From a bacterium (lineage in GTDB: Bacteria > JAAXHH01), in assembly GCA_965248395.1 (NCBI GenBank), contig OZ252103.1:2602882-2666881 (forward strand): a DNA stretch of 64,000 bases, written 5' to 3'. Both the position numbers and the translations under genes were made by a program. The notes under the pieces are model-generated. The model was not told where the DNA came from. It worked only from the letters and a program-made list of their open reading frames with translations, and ran no database searches. Within the stretch, counting starts at the first letter, position 1; each line of letters opens with the position of its first letter. Shown here one piece after another: positions 19,492-29,453 of this stretch.

Positions 19492-19508
19492 TACTGTTCG
19501 ATACAGGA
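19492..19508. promoter_or_regulatory. Candidate SOS/LexA-like box upstream of dinB (TACTGTTCGATACAGGA; CTGT-N5-ACAG inverted repeat)
   Basis: Inverted CTGT/ACAG half-sites lie 15-30 nt upstream of the proposed dinB start. Spacing differs from the E. coli CTGT-N8-ACAG box; speculative. Confidence 0.2.
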
Positions 19509-19713
19509 CGAATGGCGTTGCCGGTTTGGTAGACCAGATTATACCGTATTGTCAGCGTGTTTTCAAGCGCTTTGTCGAAGAATGGCGGCCAGCAAAAGCT
19601 GCGGAATTTCCGGTGACGCGGGGAGAGTTCATTACTACATTCCAGGATGGGTCTGAGAACATATTTGAATAGGTGCTGCGACAATACTGGCCGGGACATT
19701 GAAAGGATGAACC

Positions 19714-20325
19714 ATGGTAGACCGCGACGACCTGAATCGCGTTTTGATTCGAGCCGTGGAAAACGGCGATTTCAAAGGGGTAAAGGCAGCGGTTGAAGGT
19801 GGTGCCGAAGTATCGTGCATTACGCCGGCGCACATACCACCACTGAAGGAGACCGACGAACATTACGAGATCATGCGATATCTGTTTTCCTCGGGTACCG
19901 ACGTCAACTACGCCGGATTCGACGAGGGCATCCTCATGACGTTCTCCGCCTACCGCGGACAACTGCGGTACATGCAACTCTACCTGGAAGCGGGTGCAGA
20001 TATCAACCTCGCCCAGCCCATGAACGGGGTGACGGGACTGCACGTGGCGGTCCAGCACAACCTCCCGCAAATTGTACGCTTCTTCATTGACCATGGCGCT
20101 ATCGTAAACCAGGCCTGCCACGACGACGCGCCGACCACGGACCCCGGCCACGTATACGGGGAAACGGCTCTTCATTTTGCCGCCGCGGGCGCCAGCAAGG
20201 AGATCGTACAGATGCTTCTGGATGCCGGGGCGGACCGTTCCGCGAAATCTTCAAGGGGAGAAACACCGCTGGACTACGCGGTCCGTAACGATCGCCCGGA
20301 AGATATATTGAGGCTGCTCAGGTAG
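19714..20325 (+). CDS. Ankyrin-repeat protein (203 aa)
   Basis: TGLHVAVQHNLPQIVRFFIDHGAIVN; ETALHFAAAGASKEIVQMLLDAGADRSAKSSRGETPLDYA. Confidence 0.75.
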   Translation: MVDRDDLNRVLIRAVENGDFKGVKAAVEGGAEVSCITPAHIPPLKETDEHYEIMRYLFSSGTDVNYAGFDEGILMTFSAYRGQLRYMQLYLEAGADINLAQPMNGVTGLHVAVQHNLPQIVRFFIDHGAIVNQACHDDAPTTDPGHVYGETALHFAAAGASKEIVQMLLDAGADRSAKSSRGETPLDYAVRNDRPEDILRLLR

Positions 20326-20351
20326 GTCGTTTTGTATTGATCGGCGTGGTT

Positions 20352-21407
20352 TCAACCGGGGTTTTCCAATAGGCGTCGCGGCATGCGGAAGTCGAGCAGC
20401 GCTTCTTGAAATCTGGAGGTCGGGACAGGATCATGGCTGCACTTGAAAGTCCAGCCATCGGCGTTTTCACATGGATTCCCGTAGAGATCGGACAGCACAC
20501 CGGCCATACGTGTTGAATCGTCGATCGAGGTCCGGACCGGAAACACCGTACCGGTGCATTGTCCCGCCATCTGCGACAACTCGACTGCATACCCCGTCAG
20601 CAACACGCTATAATCTTCACCGTCGCGCTCGACACGCAGCAAGTGCCCCCGGTCCACGCACTCTCCGCGAATAGTATCCCAGGGTATCGTTACTTGCGGA
20701 TTCGATATGCGGTAGCGAAGATCCCGCGTCCATTCGAGCGAAATTGCTAAGACGGGCAACTTGTCCTCCACACCGCTAAAAGCGTGGCTGAACGCGTAAT
20801 CCGTGTGATAGTCCGGTAGAAAAAGGTTTGCCGATCCATGGTGTATAAGGAAAAGTAAAGCGCCCTTTTGTCCCCTGCCGTTCATTCGAGCCAGGGATTG
20901 AAGGTGCCTGCGCCCGCGTTCCGTTACCGCGTCGGGAAACATGGCGATTCCGTTCGCCGACAGGGTGCATGATTTCACTTCCAGGATCAAGGGGCCGTCG
21001 GTGTGCTGTAGCATGAAATCGAACCGGTTGCCGTCCATGGTCACTTCGGCACCGGCAATCCTGTATTTCTTCAATGCGGACACCGCGCGGGCTTCGATCA
21101 ACGTTCTTGCCACGAGATTGTTGAGATGCGTGTGCAGGAAAACGATGCGTTCACGGTAGCGCACGGCCATCACCGTAAACCGCGTATTCCGGTGATCCTG
21201 TATGCCGTGATATGCCAGGATCAGTACCGCCCCCGGCAAGAGCAATTCCGCCATTCTGCCGGGATTCGGCATAAACACGTAGGTTTCCCGGCCGCCAATT
21301 GCGCAGTGAACGGAAAAACGGTTCGGACGGGAAAGAAAGGTCCCCTCGACAAGGGGCAGGGAAGTGATGGGAGGAAACATTTTATTGGGGTTCAACATCC
21401 TGGTCAC
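20352..21407 (-). CDS. sfsA: SfsA (sugar fermentation stimulation protein A) family protein with ~100-aa C-terminal extension
   Basis: N-terminus matches SfsA (GTFLSRPNRFSVHCAIGGRETYVFMPNPGRM...LEVKSCTL...PDAVTERGRRHL). At 351 aa it is ~115 aa longer than typical SfsA. Confidence 0.65.
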   Translation of the reverse strand: MTRMLNPNKMFPPITSLPLVEGTFLSRPNRFSVHCAIGGRETYVFMPNPGRMAELLLPGAVLILAYHGIQDHRNTRFTVMAVRYRERIVFLHTHLNNLVARTLIEARAVSALKKYRIAGAEVTMDGNRFDFMLQHTDGPLILEVKSCTLSANGIAMFPDAVTERGRRHLQSLARMNGRGQKGALLFLIHHGSANLFLPDYHTDYAFSHAFSGVEDKLPVLAISLEWTRDLRYRISNPQVTIPWDTIRGECVDRGHLLRVERDGEDYSVLLTGYAVELSQMAGQCTGTVFPVRTSIDDSTRMAGVLSDLYGNPCENADGWTFKCSHDPVPTSRFQEALLDFRMPRRLLENPG

Positions 21408-21440
21408 GCAAATATCAAAAAGACATAGTCCGTCATTCTG

Positions 21441-22523
21441 TTATGCTTTCAGCAATTCCCGCAACCTTCCGGCAACGCAGTCTACTTCCCCAGGTTCCAG
21501 CGTTCCGAGTTTCAATCGCAGTTGGCCGTTCCTGCACCAGGTTACGATGGACGGCTTTCCATCGAGCAGCAAGCGCTCAAACTCCAGGTCTGAACTACCA
21601 AGCTGCGTGAGATCGAGTTCGACGAGAACCACGTCGCCGCGCCTCCTGATCGACTTCACACATGGTGACGTAGACAGTCCCTTCCTTAATACTAGACCCG
21701 CACGGTTGATTTCCCTAAGGACCGCTTGTTCGTCCCGTTCCATGATGTACTTCACCGCCGCGTGAATGCCGGCCATCTCTTCCTTCCCTACCTTCATGAC
21801 GCGGCCGACGGCGCGGTTAGGATTGCCGTGAGCGATGCAGCCGTCGATGATGGACTTTTTGCCGATGACCAGGCCCGTGGTCTGGGGCCCACGGATAGCC
21901 TTGCCCCCGCTGACTATGACGGCATCGACCCCGAGTTCACGGGTGAAAGTCCGGAAGTTGGCCTTGGGCGGGATGTTGAATGCCGCATCCACTAGGACAG
22001 GTATGTTTCTAGCGTGGGCAGTGTGAACGATGCGGTCTATGGGCAGCATGTTACCCCAGGGGGAGAAGGTCAGGACCGCTGCCGTGCGATCGTTGATACC
22101 GGCGATGAGTTGTTCCTCCGTAGCGCCTCGCTCGTCTCCCATCTCCACGATCACCGCGCCGGGTACCTGGATGGCGATGTCTTCATAGAACCGCGCACAG
22201 CGGTGCACGATGACTTCGTTTCGCATGCCCTTGGTATCGGGAAGCCGTTCGATTTTTTCGGGATCCGTTCCAGCCATGCAGGCCGCTACCGCCAGCGCGA
22301 TCCCACCTGCGGCGCCGCAACTCACGTACGCGGCTTCGTTCCCCGTCATTTCGGCGATGGATTCACCGACCCGAGTCTGCATCTCGACGAGATTGACGTA
22401 CTGTCGGGACGCTTCGACCATGGCCTCCACCGCGCAGGGCCACATGATCGACCCGCCAAACCGCGTGTAGTTGTCCGCGGCGTTGATGAATGGCCTTACG
22501 CCGAGATCTTCGTATATTCCCAT
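21441..22523 (-). CDS. SelA/DgaE-like PLP-dependent enzyme (L-seryl-tRNA selenium transferase-related family)
   Basis: 360 aa; fold-type-I PLP pattern with SGGKAIRGPQTTGLVIGKK, and the overall SelA-like N-terminus PFINAADNYTRFGGS. Confidence 0.55.
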   Translation of the reverse strand: MGIYEDLGVRPFINAADNYTRFGGSIMWPCAVEAMVEASRQYVNLVEMQTRVGESIAEMTGNEAAYVSCGAAGGIALAVAACMAGTDPEKIERLPDTKGMRNEVIVHRCARFYEDIAIQVPGAVIVEMGDERGATEEQLIAGINDRTAAVLTFSPWGNMLPIDRIVHTAHARNIPVLVDAAFNIPPKANFRTFTRELGVDAVIVSGGKAIRGPQTTGLVIGKKSIIDGCIAHGNPNRAVGRVMKVGKEEMAGIHAAVKYIMERDEQAVLREINRAGLVLRKGLSTSPCVKSIRRRGDVVLVELDLTQLGSSDLEFERLLLDGKPSIVTWCRNGQLRLKLGTLEPGEVDCVAGRLRELLKA

Positions 22524-22825
22524 GCTGATTTCCCTTCATTCCTAGACCAGATTGCGATCGCACGCAAGTTAGAGTCGGAGGTTGCCCGATCAACGTACCC
22601 ACGGCCGGGTGGGCGGACAAGCGCAATATCCAGAAATCATGCATCGGTGCCGGGTGCCGGTTATGTCGATACGAACGAAATCAGATTTCAAGTTTTCTTT
22701 GCCTGTATAGAAACGGTACTGTAAGTTTTGATGCGCACAGGCTTTTCGACAAACAGGGCTTCACAGACGCTAACAACCGTGAAACATGGCTATACAGTAT
22801 TTACGCCAGAAGGAACCCTGCGGCG

Positions 22826-23977
22826 GTGGCTGATCACGGCGTTGGACTCGCAGGCGGATCAACGGTTCCAGGCAGGATCCTGGCCAGTCGTGAGGCCGAA
22901 TTTAAATGGACCCTCCGCATGGATCGGAATGGAGAGGAACTGGGCCGGGTCAGGTTGGTCAGGAAGCGGCTGCGCATTGGGCGTTCCAGGGTAACGACGG
23001 GAGGAATCGCGGGACTTTACACGGCTCCTGAACATCGGTCGAAGGGACATGCACACTGCCTGATGGAAGCGTCCCATGATTTCCTGAAGAAACAAGGTTG
23101 TTCCATTGTCCTGCTGAATGCCATACCCGGCTTCTATCACCGGTTCGGCTACGACGTTGTTTTTCCGGTTTACCGCCTGTCCGTAAGAACGGAAAACCTG
23201 CTGCAAGCCCGTAGTCTTTGCAATGTACGGCGGGCGTTAAAAAGAGACGAGCCGGCACTGGTAAAGCTTTATAACCGTAACAACCGGTACCGTACAGGCA
23301 CCCTGGTACGCGATGCGAACTGGAGATTCGCCAGCCTGATCAACTATGGACAACCGCCGGGAATCCTGTTGCTGTCGGAGGATCAACAGCAGCGGATCAC
23401 GGGGTACACCTTGTGTCGGGCTCGGAGTGATCGCTATTTCGTCCAGGAATTGAATGGCAGTTCGTCCGCTGATTTCGAATCACTGGCCGGCGCTGTGGGA
23501 AGACGGGCTCGCAGGAGTGGATTTGAACGGGTCCATTTCAGACTTCCGATCGATCATCCATTTGGCAGATTCTGTGGTCGTTTCGGCAGCGAATGGGAAG
23601 TTCAATATCACGTAAACGCGGAGGATATGGGTCGCGTACTGGATCTGTCTCGATTGCTTTCATCGCTGCGCCCGGAATTGGCATATCGTCTGCGATATTC
23701 ATCTTGGAACGCAAATACATGTTTGTGGTTCGAAACTGAATTGGGGTCGGCGGGGTTGAGCGTCGAGGGAAACGGGGTTCGCGTGATTCGGAATCGTGAA
23801 CCAGGCTCTTTAAAGATAGCCCTCCCTCAGACTAAGCTGCTGCAACTTGCCCTGGGCTACCGCACGGTTTCCGACGCGGCCAAAGAGAAAGAGGTTCGCA
23901 TACACCGTGCCGCGCAGCTCCTGCTGGAAACACTTTTCCCTCCTACTCCGGCCACCATGCCCATGGTCATTGAATAA
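22826..23977 (+). CDS. GNAT family N-acetyltransferase, Eis-like (GNAT plus sterol-carrier-like C-terminal domain)
   Basis: GNAT motif A (RIGRSRVTTGGIAGLYTAPEHRSKGHAHCLM...GFYHRFGY) and a long C-terminal domain typical of Eis-like proteins. GTG start at 22826. Confidence 0.6.
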   Translation: MADHGVGLAGGSTVPGRILASREAEFKWTLRMDRNGEELGRVRLVRKRLRIGRSRVTTGGIAGLYTAPEHRSKGHAHCLMEASHDFLKKQGCSIVLLNAIPGFYHRFGYDVVFPVYRLSVRTENLLQARSLCNVRRALKRDEPALVKLYNRNNRYRTGTLVRDANWRFASLINYGQPPGILLLSEDQQQRITGYTLCRARSDRYFVQELNGSSSADFESLAGAVGRRARRSGFERVHFRLPIDHPFGRFCGRFGSEWEVQYHVNAEDMGRVLDLSRLLSSLRPELAYRLRYSSWNANTCLWFETELGSAGLSVEGNGVRVIRNREPGSLKIALPQTKLLQLALGYRTVSDAAKEKEVRIHRAAQLLLETLFPPTPATMPMVIE

Positions 23978-24111
23978 ACCGACGATTCGTAGTTATTCAG
24001 CATGGTACAGGTGGTTCGCTTTGTGGTGGAAGTAGAACAGGTTAAAAACACCGTTTCCATGAATTCCACGGTATACGGCGCCGACACACAACTTTAACTG
24101 CGAGGTATAAA

Positions 24112-24522
24112 ATGGGCAGAGTCTTCAAGACCATCCTGGCACTTCTGATAGGCATGGCGATCGGAAGTGGCGTAAACATGGCGCTGATCTTGTTGAGCCC
24201 GATGGTTATCCCGCCTCCCCCGGGTGTCGACGTGACCGATATGGAGTCCCTGGGGTCGTCTATGCATCTATTCGAGACCAGGCATTTTGTTTTTCCGTTC
24301 CTGGCCCATGCACTCGGAACGCTGGTCGGCGCATACGTAGCAGTAATGATCGCGGGCGGATACCGCATGAAAGTCTCCATGGCCGTTGGCGGCCTGTTCC
24401 TCCTCGGCGGTATTACCAACGTCATCATGCTGCCCTCACCAGGCTGGTTTATCGGCGTGGACCTGATCGGCGCCTATATACCCATGGCCTGGATCGGTGG
24501 CCGACTGACGGGCAGGGAATAG
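24112..24522 (+). CDS. Small hydrophobic membrane protein (hypothetical)
   Basis: 136 aa, 3-4 predicted TM helices, Gly-rich; no recognisable family. Confidence 0.4.
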   Translation: MGRVFKTILALLIGMAIGSGVNMALILLSPMVIPPPPGVDVTDMESLGSSMHLFETRHFVFPFLAHALGTLVGAYVAVMIAGGYRMKVSMAVGGLFLLGGITNVIMLPSPGWFIGVDLIGAYIPMAWIGGRLTGRE

Positions 24523-24675
24523 TCCGCGCTGTTCCTGAAGGGTTAATCCGGTATGGTATCTAGATCAGACGAATCCTTCCTGGCGATGTGAGAGCGAGGC
24601 GATATAGATTCCGCGAAGGCCTACGTCGTAACTCATTCTCATCTGGCCCATTACAATGGTTACCAGCCTCACCCG

Positions 24676-25434
24676 TTGCTAATAGAATTCGTCAGCCGCA
24701 ATTGCGGCCATTGCTATAGACCGGCGCACCGGGCTATAGCCGATCTCATGATTCCTGAGCGGGTTCGAAACTTCCGAGATGAAGTGATGGCGGACCGGAT
24801 CGAAAACGTCCAGTCTCTGCTGGCCGAGGATTCACAACTCGTGCAGTCGGAATTCACCGGCGGCAGGGGGATTGCCCAGGCAATCCATCACTGGCGATCC
24901 ATCCCCGTCGGAAGGTTGCTCCTGGATAGCGGAGCCAATATAAATGCTCTGAATACTGTGGGTTGCGCAGGCGAAACGCCGCTCATGATGCAACTGCGAT
25001 TCGGTACCCTGGAAGGCGTGCGCTTTCTGCTGGACAGGGGCGCTAACCCCAACCTTGGCGGGCTGAAGCACACGCCGAGCGCATCGATGGCAGAGGCGGT
25101 GGAACTGATGATCCGTCATGGCTGGGACATCAACGAGCGGGTGGGCGGACGCACCCTGCTGCACCATGACGCGAATCACGGACACGGAATTCGGGTTCGC
25201 CTGCTGTTGGATCATGGCGCCGAACCCGATATCACGGACACGTCCGGCCGTACCGCGCTGCCCCTGGTTAGTGCAAGAGGTGTCGGAACGGAGACGATCC
25301 GCGCCCTAGTCGAAGCCGGCGCCAATCTGTACGCCCGTGATCATGAGGGTAGAACACCCTTGGATCATGCCGCGTTGGCAAGTCGCCAGGTTGCGGCACG
25401 CGCGCTTGAAGAGCTTGGCGCTCGAAGCAACTGA
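24676..25434 (+). CDS. Ankyrin-repeat protein (start may be at 24748)
   Basis: ETPLMMQLRFGTLEGVRFLLDRGANPN; RTLLHHDANHGHGIRVRLLLDHGAEPDITDTSGRTALP. Confidence 0.7.
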   Translation: MLIEFVSRNCGHCYRPAHRAIADLMIPERVRNFRDEVMADRIENVQSLLAEDSQLVQSEFTGGRGIAQAIHHWRSIPVGRLLLDSGANINALNTVGCAGETPLMMQLRFGTLEGVRFLLDRGANPNLGGLKHTPSASMAEAVELMIRHGWDINERVGGRTLLHHDANHGHGIRVRLLLDHGAEPDITDTSGRTALPLVSARGVGTETIRALVEAGANLYARDHEGRTPLDHAALASRQVAARALEELGARSN

Positions 25435-25483
25435 ACCAGTGGCTTTAGTTTCGAGCATTATTGTGACAAAGTATAGGAGTGAC

Positions 25484-27169
25484 ATGACGAAAATCGGTGG
25501 ACGGTATCCAGAACGCGCCGCACGCATGGCCATTCCTGGCAAGTTCGTGGGCCGTGTGCATCTCAACGCGTGCCGTACCGGTTTCATGATCTGTCCGGGT
25601 TTGGGCCCCGACCACGGCCGGCCATACTATGATGACAGGTGGGGAGGCGAAACCGACTGGATTGACGGTGAAGCCGCATGGGATCTGTTCAAAGCCAGCG
25701 CGGCAGGCGACATGGCGGCCATTGCGTCGATCCTTGATGAAGACCCAAGACTCGTAAACGCGATGCACTGGTACACCCAGCCAGTACACCTGGCTGCCCG
25801 TCATGGGCACGCCGAAGCGACGGAATTGCTTCTCGCAAGAGGCGCCGACCCAGGGCTCGTCATTTTCGATTCGACCTGGTCAAGCCTGCTTGTAGACACG
25901 CGATCCCGTGGTTTTAAGGACGTGGCGGAAATAATTGCGGGTACAATGGGAGATCGATTCGGCTTCGATCCCGCGTTCAAGGAGATTGCCTCTCTGATTG
26001 AAAACGGCAGCGCCGAAGTCGTTGAAACAGCACTGAGAGACCAGCCCGAATTGGTTGACCGGTCGGCCGCAGACGGAAACAACGGCCTGCACCTGGGTGT
26101 GATAAATGGCCGGAAAGACCTGGTCGAACTGTTTCTCGAACGCGGCTTGCCCATTGATGCACGACGAGCGGACGGTAAAACACCGCTGACGCTGTCGTTC
26201 GACACGGGATTCGGACACCATCCTCCAGACCCGAAACTCGGCATTACGGAGTTCCTACTCAAGCATGGGGCGAAATACGCCGTAACGGCGGCCAGCTACC
26301 TGGGCGATCGTGACAGGGTATTGCATGTTCTCTCGGAAGATCCCTCGTGTACAGGCCGCGATGCTGCGCTGAAAAACCCCCTGGCCTATGCGGCTCGAAA
26401 AGGCCGAGAGGAAATTGTCCGGCTGCTTCTCGACGCGGGAACCGATAGCCACACCGTGGACGAAGCGCTATTTGAAGCCGTATGGCACAAGCACGAGGGT
26501 GTTGTCTCCCTGTTACTGGCATACGGCGCAAACCCGAACGTGGAATTAGACTCCTGCGGATGCGTCGTAGGCACCAATGACCCTGCGATACGGGACCTGC
26601 TCATTCGCCATGGCGCGGTGCACACACCGTACTGGGATCTGAATGAAGCGGAACTTCGGAAACTGGTTGATTGTAAGGCGAGTAGGGTCCGGGATCCCTA
26701 CCTGATCGCGAATGTACTAGAAACTGAGGATGAAAAACTAATCGACAGGTTGCTATCTGGTGATCCCGATGCGCTCGACAGCCTGGAAGAATTGCAGTAC
26801 CTACCGAGATGGGGCGACAACGCCACGATCACGCGAAAGCTGGTCTCCGCGGGCCTAGATCCGAACCGACGCACGTTTGAGGGCCAGACCTATCTCCACA
26901 TCTGTGCTAAGCAAGGCTGGGAGGAGACTGCTCAGTCGTTAATCGAACTAGGTGCGATGGTGAACATGTTGGACGAGAAAGACGGTCAGTCTCCCCTGGC
27001 GGTCGCGGTAAAAAACAGTCAGATAGGTATGGTTCGACTGTTATTGGAACATGGCGCCGATCTCAACGTTGCCGACTGGCCATGGACTCGACCGGTTTCT
27101 ATTGCAGAGGAAGATGGGAACGAAGTAGTTATAGAACTTTTAAGGCAGTACAGAGGCGAGACTGCATAA
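25484..27169 (+). CDS. Ankyrin-repeat protein (~560 aa)
   Basis: ORF open from 25337 but overlaps the upstream gene; the ATG at 25484 (MTKIGG) fits. Repeats: QPVHLAARHGHAEATELLLARGADPG; NGLHLGVINGRKDLVELFLERGLPIDARRADGKTPL; QSPLAVAVKNSQIGMVRLLLEHGADLN. Confidence 0.75.
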   Translation: MTKIGGRYPERAARMAIPGKFVGRVHLNACRTGFMICPGLGPDHGRPYYDDRWGGETDWIDGEAAWDLFKASAAGDMAAIASILDEDPRLVNAMHWYTQPVHLAARHGHAEATELLLARGADPGLVIFDSTWSSLLVDTRSRGFKDVAEIIAGTMGDRFGFDPAFKEIASLIENGSAEVVETALRDQPELVDRSAADGNNGLHLGVINGRKDLVELFLERGLPIDARRADGKTPLTLSFDTGFGHHPPDPKLGITEFLLKHGAKYAVTAASYLGDRDRVLHVLSEDPSCTGRDAALKNPLAYAARKGREEIVRLLLDAGTDSHTVDEALFEAVWHKHEGVVSLLLAYGANPNVELDSCGCVVGTNDPAIRDLLIRHGAVHTPYWDLNEAELRKLVDCKASRVRDPYLIANVLETEDEKLIDRLLSGDPDALDSLEELQYLPRWGDNATITRKLVSAGLDPNRRTFEGQTYLHICAKQGWEETAQSLIELGAMVNMLDEKDGQSPLAVAVKNSQIGMVRLLLEHGADLNVADWPWTRPVSIAEEDGNEVVIELLRQYRGETA

Positions 27170-27177
27170 CAGCCAAT

Positions 27178-28038
27178 CTACTGATCCTGTGACTTGAATT
27201 CGTGCCAGCAGTTACGGATTGTCGCTTCCACGTGCTCCGGATACTCGAACGCATATCTCTCTGCCAGTATGCGTCCAACGCGCGAAACCTCATCTTGGTG
27301 CAGTTCAATCAACCCCAGCAATTCCTGTCGTGAACGCCCAGGTGCTCCCAGGATATCCAATGGGCTATCGTAAAATCTCATAATCGATCGGACCTGGGGG
27401 GTTAAGGAATGTATGGATGGCCGCAAAGCACCGGTATCCTGCCCTGTGGCATGAATCGTCCACAGTCGCATCAGTATCGTACGTTCGTTCTGCAATCCCA
27501 GGATAACCATAGGGTCCAGTCCGCGGTAAAGAATCTTGCGATGTTTGTTACTCCTAAGCCAGAAATCGATGATCACCTGACGTACCTGCTCGGGATCGGA
27601 CTCTGTAAATGGCGATGTGGGTGATGCGTTTTCCGATTCTGTAATGGTCTTTGCTAGCATCGCATCCCGACATCCTAGCACCCGACAGGCTTCGCGAGGG
27701 GAAACCTGTTGAACCTCCTGGATTCCAAGGTCGTACATATCGCCGGTGTCCAGCAGAAGATGAAGCAGAATACTCTCCTCGTGCTGAAATATGTGTTGGT
27801 GTGCGATACATCTTCCTTCGAAAAGTGCCGTCAAATCGGGAGTTTCCCATTCCTTGAGTCGCGCTGCGGGAACAGCCAGCCGTAGATCCACATCGCTATA
27901 CAAGTCCGCGGTCCCCTGTCCAAAGCTTCCTTCAACCCAGATCGCTCGCACCTCTTCGTTGCGCCATATGTTAGTTGCGATTCGCTTCAATATCTTAATC
28001 TGAGGTAAATCGGGGAGAGATGAGAAATCCAATTCCAT
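27178..28038 (-). CDS. Nucleotidyltransferase, ANT(6)/aminoglycoside-6-adenylyltransferase-like family
   Basis: NTase motif WVEGSFGQGTADLYSDVDLRLAV near the N-terminus plus a ~180-aa helical C-terminal domain, as in AadK/Lnu-type enzymes. Start chosen at the internal ATG (MELDFSSLPD) at 28038. Confidence 0.55.
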   Translation of the reverse strand: MELDFSSLPDLPQIKILKRIATNIWRNEEVRAIWVEGSFGQGTADLYSDVDLRLAVPAARLKEWETPDLTALFEGRCIAHQHIFQHEESILLHLLLDTGDMYDLGIQEVQQVSPREACRVLGCRDAMLAKTITESENASPTSPFTESDPEQVRQVIIDFWLRSNKHRKILYRGLDPMVILGLQNERTILMRLWTIHATGQDTGALRPSIHSLTPQVRSIMRFYDSPLDILGAPGRSRQELLGLIELHQDEVSRVGRILAERYAFEYPEHVEATIRNCWHEFKSQDQ

Positions 28039-28211
28039 GCTCGACTCCTGTATTTGGTTTCGACTCCGGATGTAAACCGCGCGGAACAAATTCGGGCATA
28101 GGGCCCAAAGCACAATATCGAGTATCTTGCCTAAAATGAATTGATTTTCGTCTCAATGGTAATCCTATTGAAGCCGGGATACAAACACGATGATATGAGC
28201 TGAGATCAAGC

Positions 28212-29435
28212 ATGACAAACGCCACCATCAAACAACTCCCCGATCAACCCGATCTGAGACAACTGGAAACCGAAGCATCCGATCTGCTGGAGAATAGCTC
28301 CTGCCCTTCACTGGCCGAAGCATTATCCAGCGTCGCAAGACGGTACGGTTTTCCCAGTTGGCCGAAGCTGAAAGTCTACGTAGAATCCATCGGATCCATG
28401 GGGAAACTCGAACAGGCGATCCAGGACGACGATGACGATCGGGTGAAGCTGTTATTGCGAGATGATCCCGGTCTGATCCACCGCGAAGGGCACTGGGTAA
28501 AACGTCGCCGGCACAATGGGTACCTGCCGCTCGCCTACGCGGCGTTTTTCGGCAAGGTCAACGTCATGACAGCCCTGATCGAGGCCGGGGCGAATGTACG
28601 CGACGGGGATGACAAGGCGTTGCGCGCCGCGGCTTGTTTCGATCAGAATCTCCCCGCGGTCGAGTTACTGATCCGCTACGGTGCCGACCCGAACGCGGCG
28701 ATTACATCACCGTCCGGAGTCCCGTACCGGGTGATCGACTATCCCTGCATGACCCTGGCTCCGGCCATGCTGGACCACCTGGTCTCCCAGGGTGGAACGC
28801 TATTGCCGATCAACGCCGGGATGGTCCTCGCGACGAACGATCGCAGTCCCCGGGCGAAGGCCGAATGCCTGCGTGTTATGCAACAAGCGAGGTTTGCGTT
28901 TCCGGATACGCCGCCAATGGCCCTTCATCTCAGGGACACAAGCGGTCTCAATGCGCATATGAAGCGGGATCCCCAAACGCTCGCAAGATTGTACAGCGAA
29001 GAAGACATCTTTCCTTCGGATTACGAGATCAAGCGTCCTGCGCCGTACGCCTATGCAACCCCCCTTACAGGTGGGGTCACCCTGCTGCACATGGCCGTTG
29101 AGTTTTGTGATGTGGAACTTGCACAATGGCTCATCGAACAAGGCGCCGACCCCAATGGCGCCGCGGGGACGGACGATGAGGGATATGGCGGGTGGACACC
29201 CCTGTTCCATGCCATGGTCACGCTGCACGTCCCACGTAACTTTCCCGAAATCGTCGATCTGCTCCTAGAAAATGGCGCTGACCCGGAAGTGCGAGCGTCC
29301 CTGCGCAAACCTACTCCAGAGGGTGGAGAGGTCACCTGGCGGGACGTCACGGCGGCCGATTATGCCCGAAGATTCATCTATCCGGATCTAGTAAATCATG
29401 ACGCACTGCAACGGGTCATGTCCACCGGTGGGTAG
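28212..29435 (+). CDS. Ankyrin-repeat protein (407 aa) with an ARxYGFxSW N-terminal motif
   Basis: LPLAYAAFFGKVNVMTALIEAGANV; VTLLHMAVEFCDVELAQWLIEQGADPNGAAGTDDEGYGGWTPLFHA. N-terminal motif ARRYGFPSWPKLK shared with the next gene. Confidence 0.75.
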   Translation: MTNATIKQLPDQPDLRQLETEASDLLENSSCPSLAEALSSVARRYGFPSWPKLKVYVESIGSMGKLEQAIQDDDDDRVKLLLRDDPGLIHREGHWVKRRRHNGYLPLAYAAFFGKVNVMTALIEAGANVRDGDDKALRAAACFDQNLPAVELLIRYGADPNAAITSPSGVPYRVIDYPCMTLAPAMLDHLVSQGGTLLPINAGMVLATNDRSPRAKAECLRVMQQARFAFPDTPPMALHLRDTSGLNAHMKRDPQTLARLYSEEDIFPSDYEIKRPAPYAYATPLTGGVTLLHMAVEFCDVELAQWLIEQGADPNGAAGTDDEGYGGWTPLFHAMVTLHVPRNFPEIVDLLLENGADPEVRASLRKPTPEGGEVTWRDVTAADYARRFIYPDLVNHDALQRVMSTGG

Positions 29436-29453
29436 TCGGGCGGGAAGCGGCGT

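Noticed and set aside
24691-24704. 14-bp perfect palindrome GCCGCAATTGCGGC near the 5' end of the 24676 ankyrin ORF
   Set aside because: No downstream T-tract for a terminator; may simply lie in the 5' UTR if the true start is 24748. Chance-level on its own.
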